A DNA stretch of 64,000 nt, taken from positions 96,001 to 160,000 of the forward strand of contig CAVXJH010000003.1 in assembly GCA_963762115.1 (NCBI GenBank), written 5' to 3'. This DNA comes from Candidatus Babeliales bacterium. GTDB taxonomy: Bacteria > Babelota > Babeliae > Babelales > JANWKD01. Position 1 is the stretch's first letter. Every line of letters starts with the position of its first letter. This document shows positions 29,844 through 39,565 of this stretch, piece after piece. The position numbers and the translations under genes are program-made. The notes beneath the pieces were generated by a model. That model was not told the origin of the DNA. It ran no database searches and was given only the letters and a program-made list of their open reading frames with translations.

Positions 29844-31379
29844 CTAGAAATTTTTTCTTGGGGCGTCGCCAAGTGGTAAGGCACCGGGTTTTGGTCCCGG
29901 CATTCGGAGGTTCGAATCCTTCCGCCCCAGCCATCGTTTATTATCAATCGAATTTATAATGACATCAAACGGTCTTTGTGCGTCGTAGAGCACTTTTTCA
30001 TTTTCAATACGCAAGTTCGATAGTACTAAATTAATTAACTGACGTTTTTCATTCACTTCTGAACTCACAAACCATTCATATGCACGATTGCTAATATCCA
30101 GCACATATTTTGCGGTAGTATAATAATTGTCTTCTGCTTCTCGTAATTGAAGTAAGCGCATGTTAAGATTTTCGCTTTGCTCGCTAAGAGATTGATAGAA
30201 CTTATCATACTGCTCATCAGAAATTTTACCTTTGAGTTTATCAAGGTATAAGTTATCCATCATTTTTGTTGTTATTTTTTGTTCATTGGTGAGCTTGTCA
30301 AATTGTTGGTTATGAAATTTAATTTTATCTTTATGTAATTCATTAAGATTGTCAGTTATTTTTTGTACGGTAGCTTCTGGTAGTTGAAGGCTTTTGAATA
30401 CTTGCCCAAGTTGTTCTGTTATTTCTTCTTCTCGCAACCACTTAGCACCATGCTTTCCTTTATATTGCGTGCAATGATAGTAGGTGAATCCCTTATGTTT
30501 TTCGGGGGTAATTGAACAGCCGCAATGTCCGCAACGCAAAAGACCTCTATACATATAAGGTAGACCAGCATATTTGAAAGGTTTTTTATTGAAGCCATCT
30601 TTTACTTGCTTAACTTCTTCAAAAAGTGTTTTTGAAATAAGAGGCGGATACCGATGTGGATATAATTTTCCCTTTATCAACATTTCACCATGATAAAAAG
30701 AATTGCCAAGGACTTTGGCAAAATAACTCTTGGACCATTGAATGTTAAAGTCAGCTTTCAGTTTTTGGGACAGAGTTTCTATTGAGTATGCCTTTGTTGC
30801 ATAGAGCTCAAAGATTTTTTTAATGATTGCTGAGGTATAATCATCAACTATGATATCTGTGGTGCCATCCTCCTTGGTGATATTCAAATAGCCATACGGT
30901 GCTTTTGAAAGCCATTCCCCTTTGCGTAGTTTTTGCTCTTGAGCGCGTTTTACATTATCGCTGATTGCATCAGAATAATATTTTGCAAGACCAAGGCTGA
31001 TACTAAATTGAAATTTTTCTACGGCAGAAATGCGACTGTTTAGCACTTGACCATCTGATACAAAATGTAGCTCTAGTTTATCCTGAAGTGCTTTTTCATA
31101 AAGTATGGCGACTTTTTTGTCAAAAATATTGCGAGATAAGCGATCGACTTTATCACAGCAGACGGCGATTTTCTCTTTTTGTGCAAGTACAAAATCAATG
31201 ATACCATTAAACTCATCTCGAGGTCCTTCATGCGCACTTTCATCAAAGCTAAATACTTGAAGAATTGGAAAGCCTTTATTTTGGCAATATTTTTCAAGAC
31301 GGGCTATCTGTGCAGGAAGTGAGTTGCCTGCTTCCCTTTGTTCTTCTGTGCTAACACGTGCAATGAGAATTGACTTCAT
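29844..31379 (-). CDS. Large serine recombinase (integrase); 3' end overlaps the tRNA antisense
   Basis: Catalytic ARVSTEEQ, DKVDRLSRN, KAPYGY recombinase domain, Zn ribbon CGHCG...YYHC, coiled coil; last 29 codons are antisense tRNA and flank. Confidence 0.95.
   Translation of the reverse strand: MKSILIARVSTEEQREAGNSLPAQIARLEKYCQNKGFPILQVFSFDESAHEGPRDEFNGIIDFVLAQKEKIAVCCDKVDRLSRNIFDKKVAILYEKALQDKLELHFVSDGQVLNSRISAVEKFQFSISLGLAKYYSDAISDNVKRAQEQKLRKGEWLSKAPYGYLNITKEDGTTDIIVDDYTSAIIKKIFELYATKAYSIETLSQKLKADFNIQWSKSYFAKVLGNSFYHGEMLIKGKLYPHRYPPLISKTLFEEVKQVKDGFNKKPFKYAGLPYMYRGLLRCGHCGCSITPEKHKGFTYYHCTQYKGKHGAKWLREEEITEQLGQVFKSLQLPEATVQKITDNLNELHKDKIKFHNQQFDKLTNEQKITTKMMDNLYLDKLKGKISDEQYDKFYQSLSEQSENLNMRLLQLREAEDNYYTTAKYVLDISNRAYEWFVSSEVNEKRQLINLVLSNLRIENEKVLYDAQRPFDVIINSIDNKRWLGRKDSNLRMPGPKPGALPLGDAPRKNF
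29859..29933 (+). tRNA. tRNA-Gln (anticodon TTG)
   Basis: Acceptor stem TGGGGCG/CGCCCCA, anticodon arm CCGGG-TT-TTG-GT-CCCGG, T-loop GGTTCGAATCC, encoded CCA. Confidence 0.97.
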
Positions 31380-31388
31380 ATTTTATGA

Positions 31389-31577
31389 TTATTCGTTGGT
31401 AGAATGACCTAATTCTTTTTCATACAGCAAGCGGATGCCTTCACAAAGAATGGTTGATCTGTCGGTCTTATTACGATTACGAAGGCGCTTAATAAATATC
31501 TCATTTAAGAGGCTTTCGTCTTTCTCTGACATATAGATTGTAGTTTTTGCTTTTTTTTGAATAGCTGATTCTTGCAT
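31389..31577 (-). CDS. Small ribbon-helix-helix-like DNA-binding protein
   Basis: KTTIYMSE beta strand plus two helices (RSTILCEGIRLL); AGGA RBS; 9 bp upstream of the integrase. Confidence 0.6.
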   Translation of the reverse strand: MQESAIQKKAKTTIYMSEKDESLLNEIFIKRLRNRNKTDRSTILCEGIRLLYEKELGHSTNE

Positions 31578-31628
31578 AGATTTTTCCTAAAGAACTGAAC
31601 AATTTATAACCTTAATATTATAGGTGTC

Positions 31629-31697
31629 ATTCTAGCTATGTTCCAAAAGAAGTCAAGAAGTTAAAATGTTTGAGCGCCTGAGCGTCTTGACTTCTTT
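31629..31697. promoter_or_regulatory. Divergent promoter/operator with 13-bp inverted repeat
   Basis: AAAGAAGTCAAGA (31646-31658) and TCTTGACTTCTTT (31685-31697); minus strand TTGACT-16 bp-TAGAAT. Confidence 0.55.
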
Positions 31698-31839
31698 CTG
31701 TAAGGTTTTATTATTATAATAAACATGGTTATTTTTTTATAATAATAATTTCTATAAGAAAAATACTTATTGATGATGTTGGATTAATATAATAACAAGC
31801 TCTTTTGAAAATAGTTTATACAAAGCGTAAGGTATCTAT

Positions 31840-32634
31840 ATGAAGAATGAAACTTTAAGTTTTATAGTGATAGTAGTATTATTATTTCTGTTGATGGGGC
31901 CTCGTGGAGAATCAAAAAATTATTGCAGATCTCATGATAGTTTTACCTTTCATTGTCATCATAATGACACCAATACAGATATTTATTTGAGAAGACTGAA
32001 TGCGAAATTTGATAAAGTGCTTGAACTGGTTGATACATCTTCAGAAGGAGTGAAAGATAAAAGATCGATAGAAGAAGCAGCTGTTGAGGCAAAAATTATA
32101 GTTTCAAGTATGTTAACGCAACTTAACCTTTTTAGAGCAGGGAATTTACGGACTGGTTTTTTGGCGAGCATTATTCCTAATTTTTTACGTAATGATGATG
32201 AAATACTATTTGATCATCAAACAGATGCCGCGGTTTCTACTCTTACTGAACTCAAAAATTATACTAAGGAAGAGGCGGGTGTTTTCAGAAAAACTTTGTT
32301 AGAAAGAACTTCCAGCCTAGAATTGATACATCTATGGGGATTAAGTAAAATAAGGTTAAGTTTGTCAGCTATAATTGAAGAATGCATAGCTAAGGCAATA
32401 ATTAAGGGAAATGATTATAATATACCAAGAAGTCTTCAAGAAATTGTTATGCTACGATATGATGAGCTGGATAAAGACGCATCAAGAATACAGGATATTC
32501 TGAAAGCTATTGATAGTGGTGAAATACGTTGGCTTTATGATCTAGAAGTACTTATAAAAAAATTATATGTTGATCAAGATGAATTAACATCATGGTTGAA
32601 ACAATTGGTTATGAAAAGGCCTTATTTATTGTAA
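31840..32634 (+). CDS. Hypothetical cargo protein with N-terminal signal/anchor
   Basis: 264 aa, hydrophobic N-terminus, helical body. Confidence 0.65.
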   Translation: MKNETLSFIVIVVLLFLLMGPRGESKNYCRSHDSFTFHCHHNDTNTDIYLRRLNAKFDKVLELVDTSSEGVKDKRSIEEAAVEAKIIVSSMLTQLNLFRAGNLRTGFLASIIPNFLRNDDEILFDHQTDAAVSTLTELKNYTKEEAGVFRKTLLERTSSLELIHLWGLSKIRLSLSAIIEECIAKAIIKGNDYNIPRSLQEIVMLRYDELDKDASRIQDILKAIDSGEIRWLYDLEVLIKKLYVDQDELTSWLKQLVMKRPYLL

Positions 32635-32650
32635 TAACTTATCAAGGTTC

Positions 32651-33841
32651 TTAATGCTTAATAAATCTTATTTTGGTAGTTAAATTATTAAAATACTTGC
32701 AAGCCTTGCAATTAAGGTTTGCCATAGGAACAATATCACTCTGTAATGATTCCAATGCATCATAAATTGTTGCCTGGACCCAGGAATCATCAATTTTATG
32801 CGCAAATAAATATGGTTCAAATTCAAGCTTCCAATCAAATGAATTTTTATCGGTAATTGCATTGCAAAAAAGTAAATAACCCGTTGAGCAAACAGTATAA
32901 TTATTTTTTTTGAATATCCAAGCATAAAATTCTATTTGCTTCTTGTATTCGTGAAGATATGGAATATTGCTAAAATTCGGATAAATTATAGATTTAACGA
33001 TAGTCTTATAATCAACTATAACCAGTTCTTTTTTATCATTTATCCATACATCATCAACCCCACCATTCACAAACCAATTCTCCCAAACATGATGGAATTG
33101 AATTCCATATTTTCTTTTTTCTTCCCATGACCAAGCGGTTTGCCATTTTTTTAATTTTTTATGACGTAATGGTTTAAAACCTTCGGGCATAATTGGATGC
33201 GCTTCTCCTCTAGTTCGATATTGGTCGAATTCTTTCTTCAAAAGACTATCAACCGCTCTTGATAAAGCAAAAACCTCTCCATCAGCAATTGGTTGCTTAA
33301 TGCCAAGCTTTTTATCAATATAGAAACATCGCTTACAGTATAAGAATGTCTTAATATCAGTCCAACTAAATTCTCTGCGTACTGGCAATTCAGAATTTGT
33401 TTTTTCCTCAATAGGAGGTATATTGCGAGGGTTTATTTTAGGGGCAAATAATTCAGCTTCAATAGCATTATTACAAGAGGCAATTCCAAGCAACCCTTCA
33501 TATAAAATTCTACTCATTAGAAATATTTCTGGAGAATTTTCTTCTAAAGAATTTCTATATTTTTCTTTTGGTAAAATTATTTGAGATTTTATATATTGGC
33601 CAGATGGATTATGTAAAAGAGTTAAAGTTATTTTGATAGATTCGTTTTTTAATTTATCAATCGCATGTTCTATAGAAAGACCATGCTTGATTAAAATATT
33701 ACGGTTTTTTTCGAGCAATGATTTATAATCAGCTTCTGGGTCAATATTTGTTAAAATAATACCATCAATTCCGCCTTTAGCTGCTTCAATCAGAGCTCGA
33801 ATTAATTTTTTTCGTTCGGAGGATTTATATAAGATAGACAT
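32651..33841 (-). CDS. PD-(D/E)XK RecB-family nuclease with N-terminal extension
   Basis: FSWTDI...CKRCFY, GGVDDV...IVDYKT, QIEFY, CKACKY. Confidence 0.85.
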   Translation of the reverse strand: MSILYKSSERKKLIRALIEAAKGGIDGIILTNIDPEADYKSLLEKNRNILIKHGLSIEHAIDKLKNESIKITLTLLHNPSGQYIKSQIILPKEKYRNSLEENSPEIFLMSRILYEGLLGIASCNNAIEAELFAPKINPRNIPPIEEKTNSELPVRREFSWTDIKTFLYCKRCFYIDKKLGIKQPIADGEVFALSRAVDSLLKKEFDQYRTRGEAHPIMPEGFKPLRHKKLKKWQTAWSWEEKRKYGIQFHHVWENWFVNGGVDDVWINDKKELVIVDYKTIVKSIIYPNFSNIPYLHEYKKQIEFYAWIFKKNNYTVCSTGYLLFCNAITDKNSFDWKLEFEPYLFAHKIDDSWVQATIYDALESLQSDIVPMANLNCKACKYFNNLTTKIRFIKH

Positions 33842-33881
33842 AGTATATTACTTTTGCTGCAGGATAAGAATAATATAGATC

Positions 33882-34112
33882 TTAAATATTTTCATTTATC
33901 ATTCCTACATAAGTAGTCTTCATCATACATCTAAGCATCATCAAGCCCATTTTCATAACCATTTTTTTTTCTTGATTAGTTGCACAACACCAGGCCCGCT
34001 CATCTTCCCATGCAGCCTCATAACCCTTATCATATGTGCTATATTTGCTGCATTCAGCAAAAAATAATAAACCAAAGAGAGTAATACAAAGACCAAAAAA
34101 TTGAATATTCAT
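33882..34112 (-). pseudogene. Probable degraded small exported protein
   Basis: Signal-like N-terminus and YDKGYE. After an A-run, the shifted frame gives the related NGYENGLDDA*MYDEDY with an internal stop. Confidence 0.4.
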
Positions 34113-34311
34113 ATAAAACTTTCAATGTTTACTATATATTAATGTAGCCATATAGAATAATCTGTCAAAAAAACCTTTATATGTGCATATTTATTATTTT
34201 ACAAATTAATTTATACATGAAAATTTATATATCGTGTAGCTAATTGATAGTTATAAAATCAAATACAGAATATATTAATTTTGCTTATGTATTTCGATAA
34301 AGGAGAAAATT

Positions 34312-34917
34312 ATGGCTCATTGGGGATGGTACTGGAAGGTAAAGCAAAAACACATTCCAAGAATTATTTGCACAAAATTACCCACCATTGACTCATTTAA
34401 GTTAGCGCAGCATATTAAGGCTATGGTTGGATTTAGCGTGCAGCCTTTAGGGGTTAAAGCTATATTCCAAGGCAATATTCTGAAGATTACCTATAGAAAG
34501 CATAAAGATTATTCCTATATCATCCCTATAGATAAGCAGCCCTGCAATTATGGCGGATTCCGTTATTTTTTTAAATGTCCTTTATGCCAAAGACGCATGC
34601 GAATACTTTATTTTGCACAGCAAAGCATTTTTCTTTGTCGTAAGTGCTTAAACCTAAGCTATGAAACTCAATGCCTAAGACCAACTAAGCGCTATGAATA
34701 CATGAGTCAAAAAGTTAAAGATAGTATGAAAGACAAACAAGGCAATCTAGAACTTTCCAAAAAACCTCCTCGAATGCATAAAGGGAAATATCAAAAACTC
34801 AAAGACAAGCAGTTTGATTATGAATGCAAATCTCACGAAGCTCTATGCCAAGAATTACGACTTTGGCATGGAGTAAAAATCGAACCTTTTTTGGATGACT
34901 TTTTTGATTACAGATGA
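34312..34917 (+). CDS. Basic Zn-finger hypothetical protein typical of integrative elements
   Basis: CNYGGFRYFFKCPLC...FLCRKCLNLSY...KPPRMH; RBS AAGGAG. Confidence 0.75.
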   Translation: MAHWGWYWKVKQKHIPRIICTKLPTIDSFKLAQHIKAMVGFSVQPLGVKAIFQGNILKITYRKHKDYSYIIPIDKQPCNYGGFRYFFKCPLCQRRMRILYFAQQSIFLCRKCLNLSYETQCLRPTKRYEYMSQKVKDSMKDKQGNLELSKKPPRMHKGKYQKLKDKQFDYECKSHEALCQELRLWHGVKIEPFLDDFFDYR

Positions 34918-34940
34918 AAATAATGGGATATTATCTTCAT

Positions 34941-35192
34941 AAGTTGAAATAGTTGAAGTAGATTGAAAAAAAGTCAACTTATCAATATTGGCAATAGATC
35001 GTCATTTCAAGCAAGAATAATCTTGTAGATTTAAAAGTTGAAACCAATCAATTTCCATTGTTGTAATGTTAATAGAAGAGGATTTGTTTCAACTTTTAAA
35101 CTTAATCGTTAATAATATTCATAACCATCGTCTACATCGAAATGTTCCTATGTTGAAATTATTGTTCAATTTTCATCAACTTTTTCAATTGA
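34941..35192. repeat. Cluster of (G/A)TTGAA repeats in both orientations, putative replication origin
   Basis: AAGTTGAAA at 34941 and 35035, AGTTGAA at 34951, TCAACTT at 34974, TTTCAACTT at 35087, GTTGAAA at 35152 and others, at the 3' end of the primase gene. Confidence 0.5.
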
Positions 35193-37574
35193 TTGCTCTA
35201 GCAATTGATATAACCAATCGTTTTTTTGGCCAATTTGATTACATGAAATTTTTCCCTGTTGGATAAGTGTTTCAAGAATGTAATCATACTCTTGGCATCC
35301 GCCATCCAGTTGATGTGAATTGAGAAGGGATTGCCTTCTAACAGAGGATTTTGTTTTTACAATTTTCTTGCAAATCCATTCAAGTATTTTACGGCACTTG
35401 CGCTGATGTTCAGATTCCCCGAGTTCTCCTTCAATTAAATTAGCGGTTGATTTTATAGCCGGCATAAGAATGGCAAAGGCAGAATAAAGGGCTTCAACTC
35501 CTATTTCTTTAGATTTCGTGTCTATAAAAAGTTGCATAATCATAGCCAATTTTAAAAGGCAAGGACTCCAGCGTTTAAGGTGTGGTTCAAGTATTTCTTG
35601 GCATTTATCGCTATAGGAAGGCATTATTTTGTAAATATCCTGATGAAAGCCCTCAAAAATCACTTCTGCTTGATGTGAAAAAGTATAGCTATAGAAGTTG
35701 TCCATATTTTGTAATATTTCCTTGACCTTTTGTTCTGCTTGTTGATTTGATTTTGTTTTTTTAGTTGGCAAAGCAGGTGGTATTTCATATTCATGCGGTG
35801 GAGCGAAAATAAGAAATCTTGCAAAAAAACCACTAGCAAAATCTTCAGGTTTAATGTGTGCCTTTAACCATGCAAGTGTAGAAACAGCGCATATAGAAAT
35901 ATATGGCTCATTTAAAATAAAGTCGCCTCGTGTTACTGTTTTGTAGCGATAACTACGAGGAACATCATACAGCTCTGTAAGTAGTGCTTTAAGATCGCCA
36001 TTGTAGCTTTTTTCCAGATTTAAAAGCCAACCACCAAATTCGCTTGGTAAAATAATACCGGAATGTCCTTGTCCAAGATGCTCAAGTAAAGCTTCCGTAG
36101 TAACTTTAGTTGGCAAAACAACATCTTTGATAGATATTTCAATGATTTGTGCTTTGAGTTCCTTTATTTTTTTGGTATCAGTTTCGAGTTGCAGTTCTTT
36201 GCGTAAATCTTTAGTAAGTTCTCCGACATCCTTTGAAATTTCTAATGCAAGTTTGGTGCCTTTAGTTAATGCGGTGCTTTTGAATTGTCCACTACCGGTA
36301 ACATTTATCATCCAAATATTTGGATAAAGAGTTTGAAAATACTGATCATCTGAAATGAACACACGTTTTCCAATATAAGCTGATATCATGCCCATAACAG
36401 CACTTGTTACCATGATCGGATGTGCATTCGTTGTTGCGCAGATAGAGTTTACATAGTTACCTAAGATTGGCGGGAGAAGGGTTGTAGAGAATGTTGCGCA
36501 TGGATCATTTACTTTAAGAGGTTTTTTTGAAACAATTTTGAGATCATCAGTTTTAATAGCTTCTGAAGAGCAATGTATCGCACTTGCAGAACAGAGTTGC
36601 ATTCTAACTTCTTCTAATCCGCATAGTTGATGAAGGTCGTTGAAATCAGTATAGGGCTTATCATGGGGATCTAATCTTTTGTCTGTTGGAAATACCGGAA
36701 AAATAGTTTTGCATTGAAAAACATCAGCAGCCGCATTAGCCTTTTTTATGCCGGTTTCATCATTATCTCCGGCAATTATAATTATACTTTTTGGAAATGC
36801 TTTTTTTAGGTTTTCAATTACTGGAAGTAGATTGTAAGCATCATAAGCAATGACGACTGTTCCAACATTTGTTGAATAAATACTGACACCGGTTGCCCAG
36901 CCCTCAGTAACATACAGAGTATTACCATCGAGAAGTTCTCCAAGATTATAAAAATTTCCCCTTTTTTCTCCGTCTTGAAGAAAACGCTTAATTATTTTGC
37001 CTCGTTCATCAACATAAATAGATTGTAGTGAGCGGATCTCACCTTTTATATTTTTTAAGGGAAGCAATATTCTTGGGAATTTATTAAAAATAGTAAACTT
37101 TGCACCTATTGCTTCAATTCCTTTAGATTTTGGATATCTAAGGAAATCTTGAGAAGATGGTTCGTTTAAAGCTTCATTCCATACTTTTGTAGCAAGTATT
37201 GCGGCATTATTTTGTGCATCTTTTATTTGTTGTTCCGCTTCTTTTTTCTTTTTTTCGAACTCTGATTGCAGATGTTGTCGTTCCATATCTGATATGTTGC
37301 ATTTGTCATAAGATTTGAAAATATATTGGTTTCCTGTGCTCCATGAGCCATATATGACCGTTAAATATAGACGATCTTGCAAAGAGGTTCCTTCATAGGC
37401 AATATACCATTCATCACGTTTGTTTCTTTGTGTATCTGTTGAATATCGGTGAATTCTACCATCTGTAATGATTTGATCTTCGCATGGCAAACCATTTTCT
37501 GTCATGTGATTGTGGAGTTCTTCTACTAAATCATGTTGATTTTTGATATAATTATTCATAAGAAATTCTTTCAT
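35166..37574 (-). CDS. TOPRIM primase fused to DUF3987-like P-loop helicase (element replicase)
   Basis: YVTEGWATG, IIIAGDND, TDFNDL; TGSGQFKST Walker-A-like motif; SEFGGWL, LTELYD, GFFARFL. Confidence 0.85.
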   Translation of the reverse strand: MKEFLMNNYIKNQHDLVEELHNHMTENGLPCEDQIITDGRIHRYSTDTQRNKRDEWYIAYEGTSLQDRLYLTVIYGSWSTGNQYIFKSYDKCNISDMERQHLQSEFEKKKKEAEQQIKDAQNNAAILATKVWNEALNEPSSQDFLRYPKSKGIEAIGAKFTIFNKFPRILLPLKNIKGEIRSLQSIYVDERGKIIKRFLQDGEKRGNFYNLGELLDGNTLYVTEGWATGVSIYSTNVGTVVIAYDAYNLLPVIENLKKAFPKSIIIIAGDNDETGIKKANAAADVFQCKTIFPVFPTDKRLDPHDKPYTDFNDLHQLCGLEEVRMQLCSASAIHCSSEAIKTDDLKIVSKKPLKVNDPCATFSTTLLPPILGNYVNSICATTNAHPIMVTSAVMGMISAYIGKRVFISDDQYFQTLYPNIWMINVTGSGQFKSTALTKGTKLALEISKDVGELTKDLRKELQLETDTKKIKELKAQIIEISIKDVVLPTKVTTEALLEHLGQGHSGIILPSEFGGWLLNLEKSYNGDLKALLTELYDVPRSYRYKTVTRGDFILNEPYISICAVSTLAWLKAHIKPEDFASGFFARFLIFAPPHEYEIPPALPTKKTKSNQQAEQKVKEILQNMDNFYSYTFSHQAEVIFEGFHQDIYKIMPSYSDKCQEILEPHLKRWSPCLLKLAMIMQLFIDTKSKEIGVEALYSAFAILMPAIKSTANLIEGELGESEHQRKCRKILEWICKKIVKTKSSVRRQSLLNSHQLDGGCQEYDYILETLIQQGKISCNQIGQKNDWLYQLLEQSIEKVDEN

Positions 37575-37619
37575 TGTATTAAAGCTACCTAGGCAGAAAC
37601 CCTAGGTGGCTTTTTTCAT

Positions 37620-37889
37620 TTACTTAATATTTTTAAATGGTTCTTGTGGATGGGATAAATAGGTATATTGTTGTTTGCTGTCATTCTCTAATCCATACGT
37701 GCACATTAATGATTCTTCTTCATCAAACGGATTTAAAAATGCGTTATAGTGAGCAGTTTTTAATTCTCCATTGATATATGCTTCATATTCATGTCTTTCC
37801 CCATCAGCGATAATTCCTTCATATGGATTAGGATCAAGGTTGTGTCTTGTCATATGTTTTCTGAGCTCGCGTTCTAAGTTAATGTTCAT
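37620..37889 (-). CDS. Small hypothetical protein resembling the primase N-terminus
   Basis: ELRKHMTRHNL...IIADGERHEY compared with primase ELHNHMTENGL...IITDGRIHRY; GGAG RBS. Confidence 0.65.
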   Translation of the reverse strand: MNINLERELRKHMTRHNLDPNPYEGIIADGERHEYEAYINGELKTAHYNAFLNPFDEEESLMCTYGLENDSKQQYTYLSHPQEPFKNIK

Positions 37890-38034
37890 GCTTATTCTCC
37901 ATTGTTGAGGACGCGTTTTTTTTATGTATTTTATGTGCGATTGTTATGAGAAGGGCTACATAGTCGGTAAGGCGCTTCCAGTCGGTTTGTGAAAATTGAG
38001 ATATACCGATATCTTCTTTTTGCAGTACTTGCAT
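37879..38034 (-). CDS. 51-aa hypothetical protein (below ORF-track cutoff)
   Basis: GAGGT RBS; MQVLQKEDIGISQFSQTDWKRLTDYVALLITIAHKIHKKNASSTMENKHEH; overlaps the start of the next gene. Confidence 0.55.
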   Translation of the reverse strand: MQVLQKEDIGISQFSQTDWKRLTDYVALLITIAHKIHKKNASSTMENKHEH

Positions 38035-38257
38035 ATAACTACCTCTTATTAAAAAAATTAATATTTTGAGTAGTTATCCACCAAAATGGGGGGGACTTAT
38101 AGGAGAAATTCGCCGAGATAATTGAGGAGATGATTGAATGCTAGCGCCCAGACGTAAAAAATGGGCGCATCTTTTATTTTTTGAAATGGAGGATTCGTGC
38201 TAATTATAAGCGAAGCTATGTGCAACATATCTAAGTTTGTATGTGTCAAAATAGGTA

Positions 38258-39451
38258 TTACGCGAGATAAAATTTTGTTGGGTACTTATCGTTAATTTTT
38301 AATTTTCCCTTGATTCTAGAAATATAGTTATCAATGATGCGCCAGGAGTCTTTGAGGCGGTTATTAATGCTACTACAAGATTTGTAAATTTTTCTGGCAG
38401 AGACCGTTAATTCTTTCTCTAGTTCTTTCTGTAAAATGCCTGCCGGTTTATTCCATAAACGAGAAAGCAGCTTAAATTGTAGAGTTTCGTCTTGTTTTCC
38501 ATGGTTGATGTTGTATTTCTTAAATTCTATATCATCTTTGTTATCGGCTGACAGTATAATTTTATTATTAGAACCGAGCCTGGCCATAATAATTGGTTGC
38601 TTATTATTAATGGAAGTGATGATTGTTTTTTGTTGCAAATTTTCTGTATTCGATATTGATTCTTTATCAGAAGAAAAGACTTGTGATACAGTTCTGGTAT
38701 TTTTTTGTAAGTTAACTAATTGATTAAGTGTGTGTGCATATACTTTTTTTGCATGTGCTTTTCCCTCTATCAAAAATTGTATTTCATTTTGTAATGTATT
38801 TTTTAGGATAATGTTAAGCATAGACTCTAATCGATTTGTTGGTGCTGTATCAGATGAAATTTCTTCTATTAGCAAAGTTCCATAGAGGTTGTGTTGTATG
38901 AGCCACAATAAACTGGTCCATACAGAATCTTGAAGATTTTGGCGTTCAAGGTTCCAAGTTGTGAAGCCTTGAAACTCAATATTGAATGGATCTAAATTTT
39001 TAGCATTGATAATATAAAGCATATCTTGCAACGCATCATGCAGACTGACAACTAGGGGATTGCTTGATTGAAGATAATGCTTTTCGTAGGCTTCGAATGT
39101 ATTTATGTTCATTAAGTGTGTATATTCTTGATGATCTTTAATTTTATCTAGTTGAAAATCATTTCGATAGGGAGGAATAACGATTTCATTTTTGTCGCAA
39201 ATGTCTTTTATTTCAATATATTTTTCCCTGAGTTCTTGTAGGGCTCTTTGTTCAAGTTCAGTAAGCCTATCTTTTTGTTGATAAAATTTTTTTTTAATCA
39301 AGAGAAAGGCTTCTTTCAAAGCTGTGTTTTGAACGAATTTATCGAGAAACTTTGGTAGCTCTGTTTCGAAATCTTTGCTATTCTTGGCGCTATCTATCGT
39401 GATATAACAATCTCTAAATACAACAATTGCATTTTGAATATCGGTTGTCAT
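38258..39451 (-). CDS. Hypothetical protein with possible C-terminal winged helix
   Basis: 397 aa; C-terminal QFKLLSRLW...QKELEKEL...KIYKSCSSINNRL...GKLKIN; AAGGA RBS. Confidence 0.65.
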   Translation of the reverse strand: MTTDIQNAIVVFRDCYITIDSAKNSKDFETELPKFLDKFVQNTALKEAFLLIKKKFYQQKDRLTELEQRALQELREKYIEIKDICDKNEIVIPPYRNDFQLDKIKDHQEYTHLMNINTFEAYEKHYLQSSNPLVVSLHDALQDMLYIINAKNLDPFNIEFQGFTTWNLERQNLQDSVWTSLLWLIQHNLYGTLLIEEISSDTAPTNRLESMLNIILKNTLQNEIQFLIEGKAHAKKVYAHTLNQLVNLQKNTRTVSQVFSSDKESISNTENLQQKTIITSINNKQPIIMARLGSNNKIILSADNKDDIEFKKYNINHGKQDETLQFKLLSRLWNKPAGILQKELEKELTVSARKIYKSCSSINNRLKDSWRIIDNYISRIKGKLKINDKYPTKFYLA

Positions 39452-39565
39452 GATTTTCCTTTTGGGTTAGGTGATTGATATGACAACCGATTATACCTTA
39501 TAACAAGTTATTCTTATAAAAAATAAAAAAAATGGGATGGAATCTGAATATTTAAAGTGGAATGA

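Noticed and set aside
29722..29934. 70-aa minus-strand ORF MAGAEGFEPPNAGTKTRCLTTWRRP
   Set aside because: Typical antisense translation of a tRNA plus spoVG; not a gene. The integrase overlap is in a different frame.
32651..33841. Cas4 / CRISPR adaptation gene
   Set aside because: RecB-like motifs only; no cas1, cas2 or array nearby
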